Origin: Mobula hypostoma
Lineage: Eukaryota
Assembly (NCBI RefSeq): GCF_963921235.1
Contig: NC_086107.1
Coordinates: 97,466,001 to 97,530,000, forward strand
DNA length: 64,000 bases
Reading direction: 5' to 3'
The notes under the pieces were generated by a model, which saw nothing but the letters and a program-made list of their open reading frames with translations, searched no databases and was not told the origin of the DNA. Numbering within the stretch: the stretch's first letter is position 1; each line of letters begins with the position of its first letter. Made by a program: the position numbers and the translations under genes. Shown here piece after piece: positions 23,093 to 34,960 of this stretch.

Positions 23093-25038
23093 TGACGCAC
23101 CTCCAATTACTCCAAAAGACTGGAAGTAGGGTAAATACTGAAAGGTTTTCATTAACAGTAAAATGGATTCCAGTCCATGCTGAGTGTCTGCCCCTGGACT
23201 GAGGAGGAGGAGCAATGGCGCAATTGCCTTTATTCAGGGGTCTGTGGGAGGAGCCACAGGGGCAGTCAGCAGAGGGGTGTGTCCAGACAGGTAACCGAGT
23301 TACAACATATATACATGGTTTACCACATTCACCTCTCCTTTTTTTAAAAAAGAGTCCCGTGGGGTGAAGTGACTGACAATATCTACAAGAAGTATATTTA
23401 CAGGTCAAGTCTATCAGGCGGTCGAGTCCGTCGCTGTGATCGACGTAGCACCGGCGGTGATTGCACCGGCGATGGCGGTTGTGCTGGCTCCGGCCTGACT
23501 TCAGGTGCCAGCACGTTAGGCGTCGGTAATCCCTCGTGCGTGTGCGTCGCGCCCGGTATGGGAGTGTCGTGTGGTGTCTGTATAGGGTTTGGGGTGCACG
23601 GTGTCTCGTAGGTACATACATTGGTGGGTACGGGGTCAATAGTCACCACGGAGTGTTCAGGGTAGGGGCCCGGAGCTCCTGCGGGCGCCAGGTCGCGGAT
23701 GGAGACCATGTCCTCCCGCCCATCAGGTAAAACCACGTAGGCATACTGGGGGTTCGCATGAAGTAAGTGAACCCTCTCGACCATCGGGGAGTATTTATTG
23801 CTCCTCGCATGTTTCCGGAGCAGCACTGGCCCCGGGAACGTCAGCCAAAATGGTAGGGTGGTTCCAGTGGTCGATTTTCTGGGAAAAGAAAAGAGCCGCT
23901 CATGAGGGGTGGCATTGGTGGATGTGCATAACAGGGAGCGGATGGAGTGGAGTGCCTCGGGAAGGACCTCCTGCCAGCGGGAGACCGGCAGTCCCTTTGA
24001 CCTGAGGGCTAAGAGTGTGGCTTTCCACACTGTGCCATTCTGCTTCTCTACCTGTCCATTCCCCCGGGGATTATAGCTCGTGGTCCTACTGGTTGCAATT
24101 CCCCTAGCCAGTAGATATTGGCACAGCTCGTCACTCATAAACGAGGACCCTCTGTCACTGTGGATATAGCATGGGTATCCGAACAGAGTGAAGAGCTTGT
24201 GCAGGGCTTTTATAACTGACGTGGTAGTGGTATCGGGGCAGGGGATGACGAAGGGGAACTGCGAGTACTCGTCGATAACGTTAAGAAAGTACACATTGCG
24301 GTCGGTGGAGGGAAGGGGGCCCTTAAAGTCAACACTCAGTCGCTCAAAGGGGCGGGTGGCCTTGATGAGTTGTGCCTTTTCGGGTCGGTAGAAGTGCGGT
24401 TTGCACTCTGCACAGACTTGGCAGTCCCTGGTCATCGTCCCGATCTCCTCAAGGGAGAAAGGCAGGTTCCGGGCTTTCATGAAGTGGAAAAGCCGGGTGA
24501 CCCCCGGGTGGCAGAGATCTACATATAGGGCGTATAGCTGGTCAATCTGCGCGCTGGCGCACGTTCCCCGGGATAGGGCATCGGAGGGCCCGTTGAGCTT
24601 CCCAGGCCTGTACATGATGTCATAGTTGAAGGTGGGAAGTTCGATTCTCCACTTCAGAATTTTATCATTTTTGATTTTGCCCCGCTGTTGGTTACTAAAC
24701 ATGAATGCGACTGAGCACTGGTCTGTTAGCAGGGTGAACTTTTTGCCGGCGAGAATAGTGCCTCCAGTGCCTTATAGCTTCCACTATGGCCTGGGCCTCT
24801 TTCTCCACCGCGGAGTGCCGAATTTCAGGGCCTTGAAGGGTACGGGAGAAGAATGCCAAGGTGCATCAATTTTATTCGCAGTAAAATGTGACCTCCATGC
24901 TGAGTGTCTGTCCCTGGACTGAGGAGGAGGAGCAATGGTGAAATCGCCTTTATTCAGGGGTCTGTGGGAGGAGCCACAGGGGCAGTCAGCAGAGGGACGT
25001 GTCCAGACAGACAACATATATATATATGGTTTACCACA
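23093..25038 (-). mobile_element. Internally deleted Gypsy LTR retrotransposon (partial RNase H plus integrase only)
   Basis: 3' LTR 23093-23327 and partial 5' LTR about 24878-25038, both starting TGTGGTAAA on the minus strand; polypurine tract aaggagaggtgaa; 5-bp TSD gacac at 23088-23092 and 25039-25043. Confidence 0.93.
23398..24702 (-). CDS. Retrotransposon Pol fragment: RNase H end plus integrase (open 434 aa)
   Basis: YRPGKLN..DALSR; zinc-finger CHPG...CQVC; DDE core VDFKG / HSDRG / GQVEKQN; upstream frameshifted RNase H AFFSRTL...EKEAQAIVEAIRHWRHY. Confidence 0.85.
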   Translation of the reverse strand: MFSNQQRGKIKNDKILKWRIELPTFNYDIMYRPGKLNGPSDALSRGTCASAQIDQLYALYVDLCHPGVTRLFHFMKARNLPFSLEEIGTMTRDCQVCAECKPHFYRPEKAQLIKATRPFERLSVDFKGPLPSTDRNVYFLNVIDEYSQFPFVIPCPDTTTTSVIKALHKLFTLFGYPCYIHSDRGSSFMSDELCQYLLARGIATSRTTSYNPRGNGQVEKQNGTVWKATLLALRSKGLPVSRWQEVLPEALHSIRSLLCTSTNATPHERLFSFPRKSTTGTTLPFWLTFPGPVLLRKHARSNKYSPMVERVHLLHANPQYAYVVLPDGREDMVSIRDLAPAGAPGPYPEHSVVTIDPVPTNVCTYETPCTPNPIQTPHDTPIPGATHTHEGLPTPNVLAPEVRPEPAQPPSPVQSPPVLRRSQRRTRPPDRLDL

Positions 25039-25844
25039 GACACACAGAAACTGAACTCCTATCGGACTCAGGCTGAACCACAGAGGACAGGGAGGACGTC
25101 TGCCCGCTACACACGTAGCACGCAGACCCATCGGTGTGTGGACGTACCCTGGGGCCCGTGAACCAGATCCCCAGCTATGGGTAAATAGCCCCACTGTTTT
25201 GTGGGCAGCCTCGGGAGAGACGAAGGCTACGGGAGTAAACCCAGACAGCAAATCCGGAGTGGAGCCCCTAAGGTGGCTGGATGTCATTGAACATCATTCC
25301 GGCAGCTCCTGCAGCCAAGCCAAACATAAGCTTTCCTTTGGACTACACTGGTGAGGCCGAGAGGGGGATCTTGACGACTAGGCATCTCAATGTCTCCATA
25401 CCTTCCACCCAGGCTTGTGATGATGATCATCACCCATTGCCCTTCCAGAGAGACGGATGCCAACCACCACCATACCCACCTGGAGTTGATGGGACGTCTC
25501 CTTCATATGCTTCGTTGACGTACACAAGGGTCTTGGGCTGAAAGTCCATTGTTCAGTGAAAATGGCAACACTAGTTAGTGTGGCAAAGGAAGGAATGTAT
25601 CATCCTTTCCTTCATTGGTCAAAGTATTGAGTATAAAAGATGAGCAGTCAAGTCACAGTTGTATAGAACTTTAGCAAGACAAAACCTGTGTGCAGTTCCG
25701 GTTGTCCTATTGCATGAAGAATGTCGAGGCTTTGGAGAGTTTGGAGAGGTTCACCACCAATGTGTGGTTTCTGCATTCATTGTTATCATCATTGCGTACC
25801 ACGTCATATGACGTGGACAATCAGCCTTTGACCATGATGATTCT

Positions 25845-28800
25845 TGTTGTGTCTGTGCACAGCCTTGTATCATTAAGTAAAAACACGCACACGGGAGATG
25901 GCTTTAACTGGTGTATTCACATTGCAGTGAGAGAGAGAGAGAGAGAGAACAATGTGCATGTATAGACAACAGATCAATATGTAGTGCTGGGGGGGGGGTC
26001 ATTGTTCTAAAAGAAATAGATCTATACATTACACTTTCTCCCCCTTTAGATTAATGCAACATAAAACTGTACATGTGCAAAACATTCAAGTTCCCTTTCA
26101 TAAACCCAAATTCCAAATAAGCATGCTTTCATAATAACAGTCCATAACTAACTTCACAGTTCTGAAGGTTCAGTCTTTTAGGTGGTGTTCTGTTTCTTTC
26201 AAGATAGCACCTCCGGATCTGTGGACTGGCATCAGGTTTGGTAGGTGTCTTGTTTGAAATGACGTGCTTGGTTTCCCATGTCATGTTGCTGTCAGTAACA
26301 TGATCATCACTGAGAGGTAAGTCTGGTGACTGTAATGTGTCCACTTTGCTGGATGCAGTCAACTCAGGTGTGTTCTTTGGTTGAGCATCCAGTATCTGGT
26401 CCACCTGACGTCTCCTCGTCTGATCTCTAACATCTACTGTGTACATCAGTGGTCCAGTTCTTGTAGTTAACCTACCAGGTGTCCACTTGTCTTCTCGGTA
26501 ATCAAGCGCTATGACTTCCTGTCCAACCTCAAAGCTCCTTGCTGCTTCACTTGGCAAGTGGCTGAACTGTTTATTCTGCCCTTCCCTCCAGAAGTCTAGT
26601 TTCAGGAGGTCTATGTGAGATCTCAGATTCCTGCTCATGAACAGCGTTGCCAGTGTTTGATCTGATGTACATGAACAAAGTTCCAATACACAAAAAGGAG
26701 GTTGTCCACCTTGTGCTGTAGAGAAATGTCCTCCTTGTCCATCACTTTAATGGCCTTCTTGATGGTTTGGGTAAACCTTTCAGCTAACCCATTCATTGTT
26801 GGGTGGTGAGAAGCTGAGGTGAAATGTCTGAAGTTATATTTCTTCACGAACAGTCAGAATTCTTCTGACACGTATTGTGGTCTGTTGTCACTCATAATTT
26901 GTTCTGGTAAGCCGATTCTGGTGAAGATAGTCCTCAGAGCGGAGACAGTCTTTGCTGATGTGGTTGACTTCATTGGTATAACCTCCGGCCACTTTGAATG
27001 AACATCCACAGCTATCAGAAACATGGAGTCCATAAAAGTTAATATGTACTCTTTGTCATGATGATGATGGCCACTCCCATGGGTATAACGGTGCCTTTTG
27101 GGTTGAAGTTTGAACTTTTTAGTATCCTGAACAGCTTTCAGCCAATTTTTTCGATCTGCTTATCTATTCCTGGCCACCACACATAGCTGCAGGAGAGACT
27201 CTTCATCTTGACTGTACCCAGGTGTCCTTCATGCAGATTTTCTAACACTCTGGTGCACAGCTTAAAGTGAACCACAACACGCATCAGCATCCTTTGACAT
27301 ACCGACAGTCAGTCTCACCTCACCGAGAACTCTGGAAACTAGGGGTTACCATGAACTGGCCATCCTTGCATGGTGATTTCATAGACTTTTGACAATGTTG
27401 GGTCATTCCATGCTTCCTTTTCGGAATTTGTTACTGGCAACTGGTCCACCAATGCGGTGTGGAACACTTCTGCTGTGTCATACTATGAAGACTTTTCTTC
27501 TTCAGTTGCCAACAGTGGAAGACATGTCAAACCAACAGTGTTGCTGTGTTGTTTTCTACCCTTGAACTCTATGGGTATATGGGTACTACTCCTAGGAATA
27601 GTGCCCAGCATCGTAACTGGGTAGCAGACATCACTGGAATTCCCTTCCTGGGATTGAAAATGGATGCAAGGGGCTGGTGGTCCGTCACTAGGGTAAACCT
27701 TTGTCTGTAGTGGTAGCGGCAGAACTTCTTTACCCCCATATTAGACTAAGGGCCTCTGGGCCGTTCTGTGCGTAGTTGTGTTCTGCACTCGTCAGTGATC
27801 TTGAAGCAAGTGCAATTGGACGTTTAGATTCATCTTTCATAATATGTGACACAACAGCTTCAATGCCATAAGGGGGCGCATCACACCCCAGTCTGATTAG
27901 CAGGGGTGGGTCACAATGGACGAGCTGTTCATCAGATGTTATTAGTCTCTTTGTTTCCTTGAATGCTTTTTCACATCACTTGATCATTCCCACTTTGCTC
28001 CTCTCTGTAACAGCAGGTTCAATGGACTTCCCATTCTTGATCACTGGGACAATGTTCGTGGCCCAAACACTCTACTCAATTTTGGCCTTCATGCCTTTGA
28101 GTTTACCAATTTCCTTCTCAAATACTTTCTCATTAGCATTAAGCAGCTGTGCCAGTCTCTGGTTAGAACATAGAACATAGAACATAGACTAGTACAGCAC
28201 ATTACAGGCCCTTCGGCCCACAATGTTGTGCCGACCCTCAAACCCTGTCTCCCATATAAGCCCCCACCTTAGATTCCTCCATATACCTGTCTAGTAGTCT
28301 CTTAAACTTCACTAGTGTATCCGCCTCCACCACTGACTCAGGCAGTGCATTCCACGCACCAACCACTCTCTGAGTGAAAAACCTTCCTCTAATATCCCCC
28401 TTGAACTTCCCACCCCTTACCTTAAAGCCATGTCCTCTTGTATTGAGCAGTGGTGCCCTGGGGAAGAGGCGCTGGCTATCCACTCTATCTATTCCTCTTA
28501 TTATCTTGTACACCTCTATCATGTCTCCTCTCATCCTCCTTCTCTCCAAAGAGTACAGCCCTAGCTCCCTTAATCTCTGATCATAATGCATACTTTCTAA
28601 ACCAGGCAGCATCCTGGTAAATCTCCTCTGTATCCTTTCCAATGCTTCCACATCCTTCCTATAGTGAGGTGACCAGAACTGGACACAATACTCCAAGTGT
28701 GGCCTACCAGAGTTTTATAGAGCTGCATCATTACATCGCGACTCTTAAACTCTATCCCTCGACTTATGAAAGCTAACACCCCTTAAGCTTTCTTAACTAC

Positions 28801-30535
28801 CCTATCCACCTGTGAGGCAACTTTCAGGGATCTGTGGACATGTACACCCAGATCCCTCTGCTCCTCCACACTACCAAGTATCCTGCCATTTACTTTGTAC
28901 TCTGCCTTGGAGTTTGTCCTTCCAAAGTGTACCACCTCACACTTCTCCGGGTTGAACTCCATCTGCCACTTCTCAGCCCACTTCTGCATCCTATCAATGT
29001 CTCTCTACAATCTTTGACAATCCTCTACACTATCTACAATACCACCAACCTTTGTGTCGTCTGCAAACTTGCCAACCCACCCTTCTACCCCCACATCCAG
29101 GTCGTTAATAAAAATCACGAAAAACTACTATTTGGACTGCCATTGCCTATTGATGTCACACTTAGAGCTTTGACTGAGTGCCAGACTAGTTGGATTTTTC
29201 TCAACGATTCTCATTGGAAAAGTGCTGGCCCTCACTTTTCAACACATAAAGCTCTAACAGGCCTCCATACATCACCCTTGTTTTCAGTTTGCCTTTGGGA
29301 GACACTTTTACGCTTGCCTAAGTCTTTAGCATCACTGAGGTCTTCTCTAAGAAAGCAGTCTGTTGTAGTCAGCATCTGGAATTGTGGATAAAGCTAACCG
29401 TGTATCCAGCTCCATTTTCAGTTTTACACCAGACACACCTATTATGATCCAGATGATTTTGTGATCTGCTTCAGTAATACTATGCAGTTCCAGGCATGAT
29501 TGTTCACCTTTGTCAGACTCTATGCTGTCTGATTCTGTTTTACATTCGGTAACTTTATGCATTTGGTTAGTTTTGTGTTTGAGACTTTTTACGTGGTTGT
29601 GCTGTTTGTCTGCCTTGTACACTCCCTCCATGTGACCTTGTCTGTGACACTTACTGCAGCCTCTTTCTTTGAGCCAACAGTCATTTGCATCATGGGAGGA
29701 TTTGCCACATTGATAACATCTTTGGCTTTATGCACTATTCAGGGACATTTTGTGCATTTCACATTCTAACCTCCTTTTCTGTAGTTCTGCTACAGCCTTT
29801 GCTGCAGTCTCTAATGGTATTGCAATGGTCAATACCCGTTCTAAGGTTAGGTCTCTTTTGGATAGTAGCCTCTTTTGTGTCCTTTGACTATGCATGCCAC
29901 ATACAAGCCTGTCCCTTAATGCATCAGGAAGTCCATCTCTAAAGTCACAGCACTGGGAAAGTTTGCACAGTTCTACAATGTATTTATAAAGGCTTTCATC
30001 TTTTGACTGGTTCCTTTTGTAAAATCTAAATCTCTCAGCTATTATCAATGGTTTACAGCTCAAGTGATTTTATAAAATTGTAACAATTTTGTCAAGCGTC
30101 TTGCTTGCTGTCTTTGCAGAGGTTACTAATTTGCGTAAGAGACTGTATGTTCTCAGACTCATTAAGCTAAGAAGTATAGGGGCTTTCTTTTGCTCCTCCA
30201 TGTTGTTTGTGTTGCAATACAGTTCAACCCTTTCGATATACAACTCCCAGTCTTTACTAGCATTATCAAATTCATCAACTTTCCTGACTGAAGCCATCGC
30301 CACATCATTTTCACTTTAAATTCAGTGCATCTTTCACTTATGCGTTTGTTAGCGTCTGGTCGGACTTCTCGTGCTGTTTAACTCTCGCTGTTTTGTCCCG
30401 TAACTGTCGGTGCAGTTCGTGATATTTTCTGACATTCAGTTCGTACTCGTCGGCAATTTTTTGTGTCTGTGCACAATTACATGTGAATTAAATAAAAGCA
30501 AGCACGTGGGAGATGGCTTTAACTGGTGTATTCAA
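25845..30535 (-). mobile_element. Decayed near-full-length Gypsy element (gag, protease, RNase H, integrase; most of RT deleted)
   Basis: 3' LTR 25845-26033 with polypurine tract aaagggggagaaag; 5' LTR remnant 30460-30534; primer-binding site ttgccgacgag; gag DWELYIERVE...AERFRFYKRNQ...LRDRLVCG; CCHC knuckle; protease MELDT; integrase HHPTMNGLAERF. Confidence 0.9.
28164..29123 (-). mobile_element. Young 5'-truncated CR1 LINE nested in the Gypsy element
   Basis: Near-intact ORFs 28238..28696 and 28783..28989 (EYCVQFWSPHYRKDVEALERIQRRFTRMLPG); (ttctatg)n tail; Gypsy Pol continues on both sides. Confidence 0.92.
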
Positions 30536-30834
30536 AGTTCCTTGCAAATTTTTCTGCAGAAGTGGCCTTCTTCTGGGTAACGTCTTTACAAGACGGGTGA
30601 CCACAGCCACTTATCAATATTCTACAGAGATTGTCTGCCTGGCATCAATGCTCACATAACCTGGATTTGTGATTTGCACCAGCTGCTCATTCAACCATCC
30701 AACACCTGCTCTCATGGCTTTATCTGACCCTAATCAGGAGGGCTAGGCGGGTGCTACACCTTGCCCAAGGGTGACCTGCAGGCTAGCGGAGGGAAGGAGC
30801 GCCTTACACCTCCTTTGGTTGAGACGTATCTCCT

Positions 30835-31225
30835 GCATTCGAGGGCATGGACGATAAGGAGAGGGTGGGCATATCTGCACTGTTTTCTCTGAAGCGGCAG
30901 ATTGAGGGGAGACCTGATAGAAGTTTATAGAATTAGGAGAAGCACGGATCTGGAAAATGGAGTCCTTTTTCCATTTGGGAAGGTCAAGTACTAGAGGTTA
31001 AATACTTAAAGAAGACTTGCAAGGCAAGTTTTTACAGAGAGAGTGGTAGGCGTCTGTCGTGCGCTGCCGTTGGGTGATCAGACACATGTACAGTGGGGGA
31101 TTGGAGGGGCAAGGACCATGTGCGGGGAAATGGGATCGGTCAGAGCGGCATCATGTTCAGCACAGACACAATGGGCCGAAAGGCCTGCTCTTGTGTTCTG
31201 CTGGCTTTCGTTCCACGTTCTACGA
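30835..31225 (+). mobile_element. Decayed CR1 3' end
   Basis: gaggggagacctgatagaagtttatag...gggccgaaaggcctgct tail. Confidence 0.7.
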
Positions 31226-32852
31226 ACCACTCACAACGATGGAAAGGCCTGCCCACGGCGGGTCCATTCACCTGCTGCAAGCCTCGTTGTGCCAATTACT
31301 GTTAGGATGCAGGAGTTCTGCGTTTATCTATGGAGCGATGCCAGGGAAAAAAGACTTTCTTTAAATAACTTATCCTCTGTCAAGATTTATCAATCTTAAT
31401 TTGATATGTTAGTACACAGAGGTAAAGCGTATGAAATGAATCCAGTCGCAGTCCTCTCGAGCACTAGTTAACAACTCAATCTGCATTGTTCTATTCTTAT
31501 CCTGGAATCTCATCTACTGACTCTTTTCACTGTCAATACATCTCAGCTATATTTTGGGAGATTCAGTAAAGAGACTGAAATTGAAAGCTGACAGTATTGG
31601 CAGCGGGAATAAGACACTCCCGATAATTTGTTCTCCCCCGAGTGCATCCTCTCCCTCTTTCCTCTTCATGGTTACGTCACCATCTCCTTCCTCCCACAGG
31701 GTGTGTTTATGTTGGGGTCCCATGCGGAACACTATGCCAGAGTCAGAAACTTGCAATTTCAAGTCAAGACTAAAGACAGCTCTGAATTAGGTTCCAGAGC
31801 TGTGCAGAGGAAGAGGGGGCAGAAGTGAAGTCTTTCGAATGGGATATTCAATTGACAGTCCACCCAGAAGGGCCAACCTGGGGAATCTCCAGGGGAAAAT
31901 GGCTGCCAGCACTGGAAGTCTGTACTGCAGACGGAAGGCGATGGATAGGCTCAGCAGGTCAGGCAGCGTCTGCGGAGAGAGAAGAGCTCATGTGCTGCAA
32001 ACTGGAGCTTAAAAGCAGGCAGGCGGAGGAACTCAGCAGGTGACGCAGCATCCATGGAGGGAAATGGACAGTGACGATGAGCGTCGAAACCCTGCATCTG
32101 TAATGGCCAGTCATGCAGTCCAGATGAAGGGTCTCGACCTGAGCGTCAACTATCCATTTCCCACCCCAGAAGCTACCTGACCTACTAGGTTCCTCTAATG
32201 TTTTGGATTTTGCTCTTGAAATGGTAACTGTGTTCCTCTCTCCACAGGTGCCGTCTGATCTGTTGGGTATCATCAGACTTCTGCGTGGTGTCAGGTCTCC
32301 TGGCAGTTATTACATACAGTGTATCCATCTGAACCACAGAGAGCAGGGGTCCCAACTGGAACCCACGGACCCCTCAGTTAATGGTAGCCATCCATGGCAT
32401 AAAAAAGTTTAGGAATCCCTGACTTAGAGCATATCTATCTGAACCACATACAGTATATCCATCCAAACCACATTTCATAGATACAACATGTGCCCCAAGG
32501 ATTATAAAGTACTTTATGACAAAAGCACAAGACAGTGATACTTGTCTCTGCACTTCTCCTAACAAGTTTTCCATCAATTGCTCAGTCGATAAGCTGCTAA
32601 AACAAGATCATACTCAGTGGCACAGGGTCTCTGGGCTCTGGCCTGAAACGTTGACCGATCATTTCCACGGATGCTGCCCGACCTGCTGAGTTCCTCCAGC
32701 ATGTTGTGAGTGTTGCCTCTGGACTTGGCCAGGCTACCAGTTCACACCCTGTAGTCAGGCAGCAACAGCACGATGTGGTCCAAATTCCCACCATTATTTC
32801 CAATCTGAGAGGGTTTCTGCTCTCTGTAGACCCCAGCAAGCCTTTGCACCTT

Positions 32853-34960
32853 AGAGTCATAGAGTCACAGAAAACCACAGCACAGAAACAGGCCCTTTGG
32901 CCCATCTAGTCTGTGCCAAACCCTCTAAACTGCCTACTCCCATCAATCTGCACTGGGATTATGGCCCTCCATACCCCTACTATCCATGTACCTATCCAAA
33001 CTTCTCTTAAATGTTGAAATCGAGCTCGCATGCACCACTTGAGTGGGCAGCTCATTCCACACTCTCACCACTGAGTGAAGTGGTTTCCCCTCGCGTTCCC
33101 TTTAAATATCTCACCTTTCACCCTTGACCCATGACCTCTAGTTGTTGTCTCACCCAACCACAGTAGAAAAAGGCTGCTTGCGTTTACCCTATCTGGACTC
33201 CTCATAATTTTGTATACCTCTACCAAATCTCCCCTCAATTTTTTACTTTCTACAGAATAAATAAATAAATAACTTAGGCTTCACCAACATTATATACAAC
33301 TTCAACATCCCATCTCCTGTACTCAGTACTTTGATCTATGAAGGCTAATGTGCCAATAGTTTTCTTTATGACTTTATCTACCCATAGTGCCACTTTCAAT
33401 GAATTATTGACCTGAATTCCCAGATCCTTTTGTCTTACCACAACCCTCAGTGCCCTACCGTTCACTGTGTAAGACCTACCCGGTTGGTCCTCCCAAACTG
33501 CAACAGCTCACACTTATCTCCATTAAATTCCATCTTCCATTTTCAGCCCATTTTTCCATCTGGTCCAGATCCAACTGCAGGCTTTGATAGTCTTCCTCAC
33601 TGTTCACCATACCCCCAGTCTTGGTGTCATTTACAATTTGCTGACCCAATTAACCACATTATCATCCAGATCATTGATACAGATGACAAACAACAGACCC
33701 AGCACCGATCCCTGCAGCACTCCACTAGTCATAGACCTCCAGTCAGAGAGGCAGCCATCCATTACTACCCTCTGGCTTCTCCCACAAAGCCAATATCTAA
33801 CACAATTTACCATCTCAACTGGAATGTTGAACAACTGAACCTTCCTGACCAACACCTTGTCAAAGCCCTCGCTAAAGTCCATGTAGACAACATCCACTGC
33901 CTTGCCTTCACTCACTGTCCTGGTAACTTCCTCAAAAAACTCTCTAAGATTGGTTAGACACAACCTACCACGCACAAAGCCAAATTGACTATTGCTAATC
34001 AGTCCCTGTCTAGCCAAGTATTTATATATCTGGTCCTTTAGAAAACTTTCTAATAACTTTCCCACTACTGGTATCAAGCTCTCCAGCCTATAGTTTTCTG
34101 GTTCATTCTTAGTGCCTTTCTTTCTTTTCCCAATATTTTTTCTTTTTCCAATATTTTTTATTGATTTCTGTATAGAATACAGAGTCCAAGAGAATACATA
34201 TTATAAAGCAAAAGAAAAAATATAATAATAGCAGATACAGTATATTGAATCACATTAACAAACTCCTTACTCTATATTCATATAGATTAGATTAATTCAT
34301 GTATTAGAATATAAACAATTTTATTAAAAAAAAGATCTACACCCACTACCAAAGCCGAAGCTGTTTGCGAAAAAAAAGGAAAAAAACTTATCCGATAATA
34401 AAATATACTATTAACCAACTTCTGTACTTTAACAAGAAGTCAAAGATTATGAAAATAATTTAAAAACGCCCCCCACAAATTTTGAAAATCTTGTTTAGAT
34501 TCAGAAATTGAACAACGAATCTTTTCTAAATTTAGACGTGCCATAACATCCCGTAACCACTGAGTATGATTAGGCGGAACAGCATCCTTCCATTCAAACA
34601 AAAGCGCCCTTCTAGCCATAAGAGAGATAAAAGCCAGAATGTGCAGACCAGATGTCTTCAAAATGATATCTTTCCTTCCAACAATACCAAATAGAGCAGT
34701 CAAAGGATTAGGCTTAAAATTTACTTTAAAGAGTACATAAAAAGTTTGGAATACTTCTTTCCAATATTTTCCAAGACTTGGGCACTAAAAGACTTAGTGC
34801 CTTTCTTAAACAGCTGAACAACATAGCTATCCTCCGATCACCTGTCACCAAGGATGGTTTAAATATCTCTGCTAAAGCCCCAGCAATTTCTGCACTTGCC
34901 TCCCACAGGGTCCGAGGGAGCACCTTGTCAGGCCCTGGGGATTTGCCTCAAGATTGCAAT
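32853..34960 (-). mobile_element. CR1 LINE RT and 3' region with a nested L1
   Basis: ORF 33631..34077 (VVGKLLES...SQFGFV.GRLCLTNL.EFF...VDVVYMDFS...GVLQGSVLG); ctatgactct tail. Confidence 0.88.
34120..34792 (-). mobile_element. 5'-truncated L1-clade LINE
   Basis: ORF 34440..34703 (ALFG...LMARRALL..WK...W....LNLEKIR); TSD cttagtgccttt at 34108-34119 and 34793-34804. Confidence 0.85.

Larger units (their letters stand above)
22925..25540 (+). mobile_element. Probable RTE-type LINE 5' UTR or non-autonomous derivative, split by the Gypsy insertion
   Basis: gggtaaatagccccactg...gggcagcc...aaacccagacagcaaatccggagtggagcccc resembles RTE 5' regions as I recall them; sequence is continuous across the TSD. 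Confidence 0.4.
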
